Source: Bacteroidales bacterium
GTDB lineage: Bacteria > Bacteroidota > Bacteroidia > Bacteroidales > UBA932
NCBI GenBank assembly: GCA_017625725.1
Contig: JAGAKH010000092.1
Span: 5,442 to 69,441, forward strand
Length of the DNA stretch: 64,000 bases
Direction of reading: 5' to 3'
The position numbers and the translations under genes are program-made. This document shows positions 1 to 9,856 of the stretch, piece by piece. Within the stretch, counting starts at the first letter, position 1, and the number at the start of each line of letters is the position of its first letter. Below the pieces are notes generated by a model that was not told the origin of the DNA, did no database searches, and was given only the letters and a program-made list of their open reading frames with translations.

Positions 1-368
1 AGTATTATATTGATATCAACATTTCTTCTCACAGCATGTATGAAGTGATTACCTCCGATCGCGAGGGCATCACCATCTCCGCATGCCTGCCATACGGCCA
101 GTTCCGGATTCGCAACCTTGATACCTGTTGAAATAGCGGTCGCACGACCATGGATGCTATGAAAACCATAAGTATTCATATAGTAAGGAAGACGAGACGA
201 GCAACCGATACCGGACACCACAACATATCGTTCCTTGCTGTATCCCAAAGCTTCAGTCACATCAGGAAGGGCTCTCTGAAGAGCCGCAAGAACGCCATGG
301 TCTCCACAACCCGGGCACCACCTCACTTCCTGATCACTTTTGAACTCTTTGAATGTATATCTTGGCAT
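1..368 (-). CDS. korB: 2-oxoacid:ferredoxin oxidoreductase beta subunit (5' part; runs off the window start)
   Basis: Hand translation from ATG at 368 gives [25 protein letters not shown]... with IGCSSR, HSIHGRA and GDGD TPP-binding motifs. Lies directly downstream of the alpha subunit. Not in the ORF track because it is truncated. Confidence 0.92.
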   Translation of the reverse strand, partial: MPRYTFKEFKSDQEVRWCPGCGDHGVLAALQRALPDVTEALGYSKERYVVVSGIGCSSRLPYYMNTYGFHSIHGRATAISTGIKVANPELAVWQACGDGDALAIGGNHFIHAVRRNVDINII

Positions 369-401
369 AGTATTCTGCTTTTAATGTTTACTACTTATCC
401 A

Positions 402-2231
402 TTACAGGTTCTGCTTGATTGCAGAAACGATTTCCTGAACAAGGAACGGCTGACCCTGGACCTTATTATACTGAGCATAATTGAACTGAGGCATCTCAGC
501 ACGCAGATAATTCACGAAATGGCCGCTGTTAAGCTCGCAGACAAGAATCTTGTCATAGTGTGAGAATATTTCCTCCGTGTTCCTTGGAAGAGGTTTGATA
601 TAATCAAAATGAGCAAATCCTACTTCCATACCAAGCTCATGAGCATCCTGAACCGCAGAGAGCAGATGGCCGTACGTGCCGCCCCATCCTACTACAAGAA
701 GTTTTCCAGATTCCGCACCATGTACTTCAAGTTCAGGTATGTAGTCAGCTACCTTTCTTACCTTCATCTCCCTTTCCTGAACCATCAAGGCGTGGTTCAC
801 AGGATCTGAAGAAAGGACACCTTCATGATTCTTCTCAAGACCACCTACACGGTGTTCGCATCCGGCCATACCTGGAACCGCCCATTTGCGGACAAGCGTT
901 TCCGGATCTCTCTCGAAAGGCTTGTACTCCTTGTTAGGATGAGCGAATGGAGGAACGATCTTCGGATAGTCCTTCATTGAAGGAATCCTCCATGCCTCGG
1001 AACCATTGCCAAGGAATCCCTCTGTAAGAAGGATTACAGGAGTCATGTGCTCCAGGGCAATCTTCGCAGCATTGAATGCAGAATCAAAGCATCCTGCCGG
1101 AGATTTTGCCGCCATCACGACCATAGGACACTCGCCGTTACGACCATAAAGTGCCTGATTGAGATCGGTCTGCTCAGTCTTGGTCGGGATTCCTGTCGAA
1201 GGACCGGCACGCTGAACATCCACTATAACAAGAGGAAGTTCCGTCATGACAGCGAGTCCAAGAGCTTCTGACTTAAGGGACAATCCTGGTCCTGAAGTAG
1301 TGGTCACAGCAAGGCTTCCCGCAAATGCGGCACCGATTGCCGTACAGATGCCGGCAATTTCATCCTCAGCCTGAAGTGTCTTGGCACCCAAGCTCTTATG
1401 AATCGCCAGTTCTTCAAGAATACCGGTAGCAGGGGTGATAGGATAAGAGCCGCAGAAAAGCGGAAGTCCTGACTTCTCGGATGCAGCAAGGAGTCCCCAG
1501 GCAGTAGCCTGATTTCCTGTAATATTCCTATAAAGTCCCTTTGGTTGGTGAGCCGGCTCGATGTTATAGGTATTTGGAATTGCCTGAATGTTGGCAGCAT
1601 AGTTGAATCCGTCCTTAAGAACCTTCTTGTTCGGTTCGATAAGCTCTGGCTTCTTCTTGCCGAACTTACGTTCCAGATACTGGAATATGTATTCCATAGG
1701 ACGATTGTAGATAAAGCATGCCATTCCGAGAGTGAACATGTTCTTACACTTGTTCACAGTCTTACGGTCCAGCCCACTATCTTTGAGACTCTCCTCTGTA
1801 AGTGAAGTGATAGGAGCGATGATTATCGTCCTGTCCTCAATATGAAGTTCAGTGATAGGATCATTGTGAAGACCTGCCCTCTTGAGACCATCCTCATCGA
1901 AGGTGTCGGAATCAATAAGAACCATAGCAGTCCTCTTGAGCCACTTTGCATTAGCTTTGAGGGCAGCGGGATTCATAGCCACCAGCATATCACAGAAATC
2001 TCCCGGCGTTGTGATATGGTCGCTTCCGATGTGGACCTGGAAGCCGGAAACACCTGAGACAGTACCATGCGGAGCTCTGATTTCTGCCGGATAATCAGGG
2101 AATGTTGAAAGTTCGTTGCCGAAAATTGCTGACATGTCAGCAAAAAGAGACCCGGTGAGCTGCATACCGTCTCCCGAATCTCCTGCAAACCTTATGACAA
2201 CATCTTTAGCATCAATTACCTTATGTTGCAT
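402..2231 (-). CDS. korA: 2-oxoacid:acceptor oxidoreductase alpha subunit
   Basis: RFAGDSGDGMQ, YPITP, QAEDEIA and TTSGPG motifs; 609 aa. Confidence 0.95.
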   Translation of the reverse strand: MQHKVIDAKDVVIRFAGDSGDGMQLTGSLFADMSAIFGNELSTFPDYPAEIRAPHGTVSGVSGFQVHIGSDHITTPGDFCDMLVAMNPAALKANAKWLKRTAMVLIDSDTFDEDGLKRAGLHNDPITELHIEDRTIIIAPITSLTEESLKDSGLDRKTVNKCKNMFTLGMACFIYNRPMEYIFQYLERKFGKKKPELIEPNKKVLKDGFNYAANIQAIPNTYNIEPAHQPKGLYRNITGNQATAWGLLAASEKSGLPLFCGSYPITPATGILEELAIHKSLGAKTLQAEDEIAGICTAIGAAFAGSLAVTTTSGPGLSLKSEALGLAVMTELPLVIVDVQRAGPSTGIPTKTEQTDLNQALYGRNGECPMVVMAAKSPAGCFDSAFNAAKIALEHMTPVILLTEGFLGNGSEAWRIPSMKDYPKIVPPFAHPNKEYKPFERDPETLVRKWAVPGMAGCEHRVGGLEKNHEGVLSSDPVNHALMVQEREMKVRKVADYIPELEVHGAESGKLLVVGWGGTYGHLLSAVQDAHELGMEVGFAHFDYIKPLPRNTEEIFSHYDKILVCELNSGHFVNYLRAEMPQFNYAQYNKVQGQPFLVQEIVSAIKQNL

Positions 2232-2274
2232 AATAGAATTTATAAATTGTTATGAAAGTATTATAATTTGACTA

Positions 2275-2282
2275 CAAATATA
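2275..2282 (-). promoter_or_regulatory. Bacteroidota -7 promoter element (TATATTTG) for korAB
   Basis: Matches TAnnTTTG about 45 nt upstream of the ATG, in an AT-rich intergenic region. Confidence 0.6.
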
Positions 2283-2334
2283 TATAAATATCATAAATAA
2301 AACACTCAAAGTTAAAGTAATTTTGATATACAAA

Positions 2335-2366
2335 GAAGGAGGTCGACATTTCTGCCGACCTCCTTC
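2335..2366 (-). terminator. Intrinsic terminator after skp/ompH
   Basis: GAAGGAGGTCG...CGACCTCCTTC 11-bp inverted repeat followed by TTTG on the minus strand. Confidence 0.75.
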
Positions 2367-2382
2367 ATGTATTATCTGTTGG

Positions 2383-2952
2383 TTACTGCATCTGAGCAGC
2401 CTGAGCCTTAGCCTGAAGTTCCTGCTGGAGAGTTTCCAGAGTTCTACCTTCCGGAATATCGAGGGCCACACGTGCCTCAGGGGTAAGATTGATTCCCTGA
2501 GCCGGATCGACATAAAGCAAAGAGTTCTTCTCGAACACAAGGGCAAGACCCTTTGCCTGAGCAATTGAATTCACTGTCTGCTGTACCTTCTCATAAATAG
2601 GAGCCTGGAGTGAATTCTGAAGCTGCTGAAGATCCTGCTGGATAGCCTGCTGGAATTCCTGGATCCTATACTCTATCTGCTGAAGTTCAGCCTGCTTGCT
2701 TTCCCTGATTGCAGGTGTCCATGAAGCCTGTTTCTGCTGGAACTGCTGAGCCTTTGTCTGATACTCCTCAATCATAGCCTGATATGTTTCCTGAGCCTCG
2801 AGGCCGGCAGCGTCAATCTGCACACGTGCAGAGTCCATCTCCGGCATGAGCTGGGTAAGTTCGGTGAAATCAACATAGCCGAACTTAAAGTCCTGAGCAG
2901 ATGCAGCAAGTGACATCATAGCCATTGCAGCAATAATAAAGATCTTTTTCAT
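2383..2952 (-). CDS. skp: OmpH/Skp periplasmic chaperone
   Basis: Signal peptide, KFGYVD start motif and Q/E-rich coiled coil; downstream of bamA. Confidence 0.9.
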   Translation of the reverse strand: MKKIFIIAAMAMMSLAASAQDFKFGYVDFTELTQLMPEMDSARVQIDAAGLEAQETYQAMIEEYQTKAQQFQQKQASWTPAIRESKQAELQQIEYRIQEFQQAIQQDLQQLQNSLQAPIYEKVQQTVNSIAQAKGLALVFEKNSLLYVDPAQGINLTPEARVALDIPEGRTLETLQQELQAKAQAAQMQ

Positions 2953-2999
2953 AATATCAATTTTTACTGTTTTTAATTTGCTTCATTGTATGACATTCA

Positions 3000-5591
3000 T
3001 CAGAACTGCTGTCCTATGACGAAGTGGAACTGACTTCCTCCATAACCGTCATGGTTGTCAAATCCATATCCCCAGTCAACTCCAAGGAGACCGATCATAG
3101 GGAGGAAGACCCTCACACCGACTCCGGCAGACCTTCTGATCTGGAATGGATTGAAATCTCTGATATCAGCCCAGCAGTTACCTCCTTCAAGGAACAGGAG
3201 TGCGTAAATGGTAGACTGAGGCTGCAGGATGACAGGATATCTGAGTTCGACGGTAAACTTGTCATAGACATTTCCGGCATAATAATTTCCTGTCGTATTG
3301 TATGATGACATCGCCGTTGGTGTCAGGGAGTAGTTTTCGTAACCCCTGAGCGATATGATTTCAGAACCATATGTATCATATCCTGACATACCGTCACCAC
3401 CTACGCGGAAACCTTCAAATGGAGAATATCCCCAATTCCTGTTATAATAGCCGAGATATCCGAACTGGGCACGTGCCATGAGGACAAGGTCACCGACAAG
3501 TTTTGTATAGATGGCTCCCTTGAAAGTCCACTTATGATACTCGATCCATTTGTATCTCTGGTCGGATGTCTGCATATTGTAATCAATATCCCTCCAGTCA
3601 TCAACCTTGATAGGGTTGCCATAGACGTCAAGAATTCCCTTGTTGGTTCTTCTCAGAAGCGAGTAAGGAGGAGTCAGCTGCATAGCAAAGCTGAAATCCG
3701 AACCCTGTCGAGGATATATCTGCTGGTCGGTCGAGTTTCTCGAAAGACTTAGCGTATAGCTGAGATTATGAGATATACCCGTATTGAAGAGGAAGTTATA
3801 AGACCAGTTCTGGAGCTTGTATGTCTGCCAGCTGAGCTGGTTATATAGCACAAAGTAATTGTCCGGCCATTTCAGACGTTTACCGATTCCCGCAGCAAAA
3901 CCATACACCTCCATGAATTCATCATTGTTCAGGATATTGAAGGCAATATAGGAATTGGTCTGTCTGGTATAGTAAAGTGACATATTGAGCGATGTCGGTT
4001 TCTTTCCGAACAGCCAAGGCTCGGAGAAGCTCGCAGACAAACTTGTATAATAAGTACCGTTGGTCTGGAATCTGATGGCAAGATTCTGGGCATCGCCGAG
4101 CGGAACAGGACGCCATGCTGTCTTGTCAAAGAACCTCCTGGTAGAGAAGTTGTTGAAACTTACTCCGACAGTAGCCACAAATGTATTTCCTCCCCAACCA
4201 CCAGAAAGTTCAAGCTGGCTTGAAGGCTTTTCAGTCACATTATATATAAGGTCTACCGTATTATCCAACTGATTAGGGATGATAGAATATCCTTTTGATG
4301 GATCAGCAATCGACTCCGGATCGAACTGTCCCATTGATGCGATTTCGCGGATTGAACGTTCGAAATCAGACTGGCTGAAAAGATATCCCGGACGGGTGAA
4401 TATCTGACGACGTACAACCCTCTCATTGGTAAGGTCATTACCATTAATGATTATGTTGTTCAATGTTGCAGGCTTACCTTCCACGATTCTCATTTCGACA
4501 TCAACTGAGTCTCCCTGGATATTCATCTCCACCGGCTGCAGCTGGAAGAAGAGATAACCATTGTCGCGATAGAGCTTTGAAATGTCATATTCGTTCTGCT
4601 TTCCGCCACCGAAGAGCCTCTTTTCCATCGTCACCATATCATAGACATCTCCTTTATTGATCATCAGGATCTCATTAAGGGTCTCAGTCGGATATACCGA
4701 ATTACCTGTCCACGTGATGTCCCTGAAATAGTAGCGTTTACCTTCGTCTATCACAAAATCGATCTGAAGCCTGCCCGGTTCTACATAATACATAGTATCC
4801 TTGACAATCCTGGCATCCCTGAAACCGGCCTCATTGAATGTACTGAGCATAGCACGTTTATCATTCTCATACTCATTTTCATTAAACTTCTTTGAACTGA
4901 AGAAGTTCCTGAAGCGGGCATCTCTGGTCTTTTTCATTGCCTTGACCAGTTTGCCTTCCTTCACGTTATTATTACCGGTATAGGTTATGGTCTTGATCTT
5001 TACCTTCTCTCCTCTGTCAACATCGAAATTGACACGTATGGCACTTCTTACCATCGTGTCACGCTTGGTCTTCACATCTACTTCGACATTATAGAAGCCC
5101 TTTTCCTTATAATACCTTTTGATAATGTCGGTAGCAGTCTTTGAAACATACTCTGAAAACTCGCCACCTCTACGAAGATTAAGGCGGTCCTGAAGTTCCT
5201 TCTGCTCTCCGCTCTTGACTCCGCTGAATGTCCAACGCGACACCCTCGGCCTCTCTATTATCGAAATCTTGAAATATGCAGTATCCAACGACGGTACAAG
5301 AGAATCAATAGCTATAGTAACATCCTCGAAATACCTCTGTTGCCAAAGTCTGTTGACAATAGAGGATAATTCTTCTCCAGGAACAGTGACCTCCATTCCC
5401 TTCTGAAGGCCTGTGATCTGAAGTATCTGCTCCGGGGCAAAATAATGATTTCCCTCTACTCTTACACCACCGACAGTATATTTCTTAGGATTATTGTAGT
5501 CCACCTCTATTTCAGCTCCGGACTGCTGTCCCCACACTGGCAGGACCGACAGAACGGATATGGCAAGAAGGACTATTCTATGGATCTTCAT
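3000..5591 (-). CDS. bamA: Outer membrane protein assembly factor BamA
   Basis: POTRA-like repeats, LRGY motif and C-terminal FHFVIGQQF; uppS-bamA-skp synteny. Confidence 0.95.
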   Translation of the reverse strand: MKIHRIVLLAISVLSVLPVWGQQSGAEIEVDYNNPKKYTVGGVRVEGNHYFAPEQILQITGLQKGMEVTVPGEELSSIVNRLWQQRYFEDVTIAIDSLVPSLDTAYFKISIIERPRVSRWTFSGVKSGEQKELQDRLNLRRGGEFSEYVSKTATDIIKRYYKEKGFYNVEVDVKTKRDTMVRSAIRVNFDVDRGEKVKIKTITYTGNNNVKEGKLVKAMKKTRDARFRNFFSSKKFNENEYENDKRAMLSTFNEAGFRDARIVKDTMYYVEPGRLQIDFVIDEGKRYYFRDITWTGNSVYPTETLNEILMINKGDVYDMVTMEKRLFGGGKQNEYDISKLYRDNGYLFFQLQPVEMNIQGDSVDVEMRIVEGKPATLNNIIINGNDLTNERVVRRQIFTRPGYLFSQSDFERSIREIASMGQFDPESIADPSKGYSIIPNQLDNTVDLIYNVTEKPSSQLELSGGWGGNTFVATVGVSFNNFSTRRFFDKTAWRPVPLGDAQNLAIRFQTNGTYYTSLSASFSEPWLFGKKPTSLNMSLYYTRQTNSYIAFNILNNDEFMEVYGFAAGIGKRLKWPDNYFVLYNQLSWQTYKLQNWSYNFLFNTGISHNLSYTLSLSRNSTDQQIYPRQGSDFSFAMQLTPPYSLLRRTNKGILDVYGNPIKVDDWRDIDYNMQTSDQRYKWIEYHKWTFKGAIYTKLVGDLVLMARAQFGYLGYYNRNWGYSPFEGFRVGGDGMSGYDTYGSEIISLRGYENYSLTPTAMSSYNTTGNYYAGNVYDKFTVELRYPVILQPQSTIYALLFLEGGNCWADIRDFNPFQIRRSAGVGVRVFLPMIGLLGVDWGYGFDNHDGYGGSQFHFVIGQQF

Positions 5592-5616
5592 CTCGATATT
5601 CTTAATTTCAAAACTG

Positions 5617-5624
5617 CAAATATA
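5617..5624 (-). promoter_or_regulatory. -7 element (TATATTTG) for bamA
   Basis: TAnnTTTG between the uppS stop and the bamA start. Confidence 0.6.
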
Positions 5625-5629
5625 AGCAA

Positions 5630-6358
5630 TTATTTCACTTTACCATAACGTCTGTCACGTTTTCCGTATTCCGCCAAGGCATCACAAAACTCTTTCTTTC
5701 TGAAATCAGGCCAAAGAATATCAGTAAACAGAAATTCCGAATAAGCTCCCTGCCATAAAAGATAATTGCTTATTCTCTGTTCTCCTGACGTTCTGATGAT
5801 GAGGTCAGGATCCGGGATTCCAGCTGTAACAAGAAACTCATCAAACGCAGCTACACCTCTATTTTCGATTTCTATTTTCTTCCCGGGGTCTTCTGATATT
5901 GCTTCCGCCATCTTCAAGGCCGCCTGCATGATATCCCATTTTCCACTGTAGCTCAAAAAGATGATCATCGTCAGCCTGTCATTATCCTTGGTCAATTCCA
6001 TACACGAATCGACAGTGGAGTTTATTTCATCCGAAAGACGAGCCCTGTTTCCAAGAACCATGAATCTCACTCCGTTTCTATGGAGCTTTTCCATTTCTTC
6101 AGCCATTGCCTTGACCATCAGTCCCATCAATGCTGTCACTTCCGCATCAGGACGGTTCCAGTTTTCTTCTGAAAAGGCAAAAAGGGAAAGGTATCTCACG
6201 CCATTTTCTATGGCAGCTTCCACACAGGCACGCACACTTTCCACCCCTTCGAAATGGCCGTATACCCTATCCTTGCCCCTTTCCTTAGCCCAACGGCCAT
6301 TTCCATCCATAATCATAGAGACATGAACAGGAACGCCGGTCATTACTTCACTCATCAT
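5630..6358 (-). CDS. uppS: Undecaprenyl diphosphate synthase
   Basis: IMDGNGRWA, FSEENWNR and RTSGEQRISNYLLWQ motifs. Confidence 0.96.
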   Translation of the reverse strand: MMSEVMTGVPVHVSMIMDGNGRWAKERGKDRVYGHFEGVESVRACVEAAIENGVRYLSLFAFSEENWNRPDAEVTALMGLMVKAMAEEMEKLHRNGVRFMVLGNRARLSDEINSTVDSCMELTKDNDRLTMIIFLSYSGKWDIMQAALKMAEAISEDPGKKIEIENRGVAAFDEFLVTAGIPDPDLIIRTSGEQRISNYLLWQGAYSEFLFTDILWPDFRKKEFCDALAEYGKRDRRYGKVK

Positions 6359-6364
6359 ATTGTT

Positions 6365-7207
6365 TTATTTGACATTTCTTACATCTTCACCCCAGAAAAG
6401 TTTCTCTGTCAGGGCTTTGATGAAATTGGAACGATTAAGCTGGACACGTCTAAGCGAAAATTGTGCCAATGACACATTCAGCTGTGTATCGGCGGGGACC
6501 TCCGCCGTCCTGTTGTCTGCATTAAGCACAACAGACTCATCACGAGAACGCAAACTGATGCTGATTTTCGCATCATCCGACACGATGAGAGGACGGACAT
6601 TAAGGTTATGAGGAGCAATAGGTGCTATGATAAGAACCCTCGCTTCGGGAAGGACTATCGGTCCGCCGACGCTCAAGGAATATGCTGTAGAACCGGAGCT
6701 GGTCGAGACCAGCAGACCATCAGACCAATATGTCGGAAGGGCGATTCCATCCACGGTAACATCCACACCGAGCATTGCAGCTCCTCTTCTATGTACAGAT
6801 ATTTCATTCAAGGCATAGGGCCACGAATCTATCATGGGATTACCGGTTTCCGGCGAAATGGCAGCCTTTAGGATTGCTCTATCCTGTACCGAATAATCTC
6901 CGGCCAATACTGCACTAGCCAGATTCTCCGGATGATTTTCAGACAGGAAGCCGAGTCTTCCAAGATTTACGCCAAGAACCGGAATATTGCTGTCACCCGC
7001 CAACATGGATGCAAGCAGGAAGCTTCCATCACCACCTACACTGATCAACATATCTGTTTCCGGCTTCAGATCCTCCCGGGTCTCTACACTATATACAGAG
7101 CAGCCCCCTCCACGCAAGGAATCGACAAAAAAAGTCAGACGTGGATCGTTTGCAGCCCCATCCTTTCCCACATATATTGCAGCCTTCATAATACCATGAA
7201 AAGTCAT
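6365..7207 (-). CDS. nadK: NAD kinase (start may be 7189)
   Basis: GGDG, GVNLGRLGFL, LNE and GSTAYSLSVGGP motifs. Confidence 0.93.
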   Translation of the reverse strand: MTFHGIMKAAIYVGKDGAANDPRLTFFVDSLRGGGCSVYSVETREDLKPETDMLISVGGDGSFLLASMLAGDSNIPVLGVNLGRLGFLSENHPENLASAVLAGDYSVQDRAILKAAISPETGNPMIDSWPYALNEISVHRRGAAMLGVDVTVDGIALPTYWSDGLLVSTSSGSTAYSLSVGGPIVLPEARVLIIAPIAPHNLNVRPLIVSDDAKISISLRSRDESVVLNADNRTAEVPADTQLNVSLAQFSLRRVQLNRSNFIKALTEKLFWGEDVRNVK

Positions 7208-7318
7208 TAGAATACAATTACCGCCATAGACGGTTTACGCGTCAAAATTAGCACATTATTTACAAATATTGAAGTTTATTATGTATTTTTGTAGTCTGTA
7301 TCATTTAAATATAGAGAC

Positions 7319-8038
7319 ATGACCCGACTAAGCGTCAACATCAATAAGATAGCAACCATCAGAAATGCACGTGGAGGCAGAATTCCTGATGTAGCCAAAG
7401 CTGCTGTCGAGTGTGAAAGATTCGGTGCAGAGGGAATCACCGTTCATCCCAGACCCGATGAGAGACATATCAGATATGCTGATGTCAGGGAGATCAGGCC
7501 ACTTCTAAAGACTGAATTCAACATCGAAGGCAACCCAATACAATCATTCGTAGACCTGGTCATTGAGAATCGCCCCGATCAGGTTACTCTCGTTCCCGAT
7601 GCCGTAGATGCCCTTACATCCAATGCAGGATGGGATACTGCCAGAAATCAGGAATTCCTCACCGAGATATGCAAGGAATTCAAGAGTCATGGCATAAGGA
7701 CATCCATCTTCATCGACGCTGACCCAAAGATGGCGGAAAATGCTGCAATCTGCGGATGTGACAGAGTAGAGCTCTACACAGAACCATATGCCACGATGTT
7801 CCACATATCACCGGAAGAAGCAGTAGCCCCTTTCATAAAAACGGCAGAGACAGCAAGAGCATGTGGCCTGGGAGTCAATGCAGGCCATGATCTCAATCTT
7901 GAAAATCTTGAATATTTCATCAGGTGCATCCCATGGACAGAGGAGGTTTCCATAGGTCATGCCCTGATTTCCGATGCACTTTACATGGGCCTGGAAGAAA
8001 CAATAAAGGCATATCTCTCAAAAGTACGGATTTTTTAA
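7319..8038 (+). CDS. pdxJ: Pyridoxine 5'-phosphate synthase
   Basis: [31 protein letters not shown] and VSIGHAL motifs; TATTTTTG at 7284-7291. Confidence 0.96.
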   Translation: MTRLSVNINKIATIRNARGGRIPDVAKAAVECERFGAEGITVHPRPDERHIRYADVREIRPLLKTEFNIEGNPIQSFVDLVIENRPDQVTLVPDAVDALTSNAGWDTARNQEFLTEICKEFKSHGIRTSIFIDADPKMAENAAICGCDRVELYTEPYATMFHISPEEAVAPFIKTAETARACGLGVNAGHDLNLENLEYFIRCIPWTEEVSIGHALISDALYMGLEETIKAYLSKVRIF

Positions 8039-8100
8039 TTATATTTGCAGGATGTGCGTAAACCACATAAGGAAGACATAAACAATTAAAGACTATAAAA

Positions 8101-8715
8101 ATGAAAAACACACCACTTATCCTCAGCATCATTTCTCTTGTTGCTGCAATCGTTTTAGGAATTCTTCATTTCACAGGCAAGTCATGCGACGATGCTCCTA
8201 TAGTTGCCGCTGAATCAGCAGACAGCACTGCAGCAAAGGGAGACATCGTATACATCGACCTTGACAGGATTCTCAATGAGTACGACATGGCTAATGACCT
8301 CAGATCAGTCGTTGAGACAAAGGTTCAGAACATTCAGGCAGAGGTAAACAGAAGAGGAAAGAAGCTCGAGAAGGAAGTCACTGAATTCCAGAACAAGATT
8401 GAGAAAGGTCTCATGACACGCTCGGTAGCAGAGGTTCAGGGTCAGAAGCTTCAGCAGCAGGAGCAGGAATTCAACAACTATGCAGCACAGAAGCAGCAGG
8501 AGATCCAGGAAGAGCAGATCGTGATGATGAACCAGCTTGGTGACGCAATCAAGACTTTCCTTGACAGATATAATGAGGAGAAGCAGTATGCAATGATTCT
8601 TACAAATCAGGGTGGTGCACCTGTCATCACAGCTGATGCCACACTTGATATCACTGATGATGTACTTGCACGCCTCAATGAAGAGTATATCGCAAACAAG
8701 AACAACAAGGAGTGA
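8101..8715 (+). CDS. OmpH family protein with N-terminal membrane anchor
   Basis: IVYIDLD motif, coiled coil and DITDDVL C-terminus; TATATTTG at 8040-8047. Confidence 0.85.
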   Translation: MKNTPLILSIISLVAAIVLGILHFTGKSCDDAPIVAAESADSTAAKGDIVYIDLDRILNEYDMANDLRSVVETKVQNIQAEVNRRGKKLEKEVTEFQNKIEKGLMTRSVAEVQGQKLQQQEQEFNNYAAQKQQEIQEEQIVMMNQLGDAIKTFLDRYNEEKQYAMILTNQGGAPVITADATLDITDDVLARLNEEYIANKNNKE

Positions 8716-9836
8716 AAATAGCGATACTGTCCTGTTTCTATCCCTATCGCGGAGGAATCTCTCAGTTTAATGCATGTCTCTATCAGGAACTGAGCAAGCA
8801 TCATATTGTCAAAGCTTTCAATTTCAAAAGACAATATCCGGAATTCCTCTTTCCAGGAAAGACACAGTACGTTACGCCAGATGATGAAGCCGTACCGGTA
8901 GAAAGCACATTTCTACTGGATACGGCTGATCCTTTTTCATATGTAAGTACATACAAGGCTATCAGAGAGTGGGAACCTGATGTGCTTATAGTAAGATATT
9001 GGATGTCATATTTCGGCCCGTCACTGGGATATGTCACAAGAAAAATGAAGAAACATTGCAAGGTAATATCAATCCTGGACAATGTCATTCCACATGAACC
9101 TAGATTTTTCGACACCCCACTCACAAAGTATTTTCTCAAAGGAAGCAGTGGAAGCGTAACACTATGTGAGGCTGTTTCAAAAGACTTGCTCAGACTAAAA
9201 CCCGACGCAAGATATACTGTCATCCAGCATCCGCTTTACTCCCATTTCGGTCAGAAGATGGACCGAAGCGAGGCCGAGAGAATCCTTAACCTTGAACCTG
9301 GCAAGAAGAATCTTCTTTTCTTCGGGCTCATAAGAGCATATAAAGGCCTGGACATACTTCTGGAAGCGTTCGGCGGACTTTCTGACGACTACCAGCTCAT
9401 CATCGCAGGAGAACCATACGGATCTTTTGAAAGATATCAGGAAATCATAGACAGGCTACCTGGCAAGGACAGGATACGCATGGAGCTTAAATATATAAAG
9501 GATTCTGAAGTCAGCATATATTTCTCTGCAGCAGACCTGGCTGTTCTCCCTTACAGAAGTGCAACTCAGAGCGGAATCAGTTCTGTATCATATCATTTCG
9601 AAGTTCCGATGATTGTCACCGCAGTTGGAGGACTGAAGGAAACCATTGGCGACAGAGGAACCGGCATTGCGGCATCAGAATGCACACCTGATGCAATAAG
9701 GAAAGAGATTATAGGTTATTTCAGTACCCCTGGCATGAAGGAGAAATGCATAAACTGCATCAGACAGGAAAAGGAAAGGCTGTCATGGCATGCATTTGCA
9801 GACAAACTGACAGAATTCATAGAAACACTCGAATAA
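8712..9836 (+). CDS. Glycosyltransferase family 4 (GT-B fold)
   Basis: PYRGGI, FFGLIRAYKGLD and LPYRSATQSG motifs. Confidence 0.88.
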   Translation: MKIAILSCFYPYRGGISQFNACLYQELSKHHIVKAFNFKRQYPEFLFPGKTQYVTPDDEAVPVESTFLLDTADPFSYVSTYKAIREWEPDVLIVRYWMSYFGPSLGYVTRKMKKHCKVISILDNVIPHEPRFFDTPLTKYFLKGSSGSVTLCEAVSKDLLRLKPDARYTVIQHPLYSHFGQKMDRSEAERILNLEPGKKNLLFFGLIRAYKGLDILLEAFGGLSDDYQLIIAGEPYGSFERYQEIIDRLPGKDRIRMELKYIKDSEVSIYFSAADLAVLPYRSATQSGISSVSYHFEVPMIVTAVGGLKETIGDRGTGIAASECTPDAIRKEIIGYFSTPGMKEKCINCIRQEKERLSWHAFADKLTEFIETLE

Positions 9837-9856
9837 GATCAATAAAAGGCTGAAAC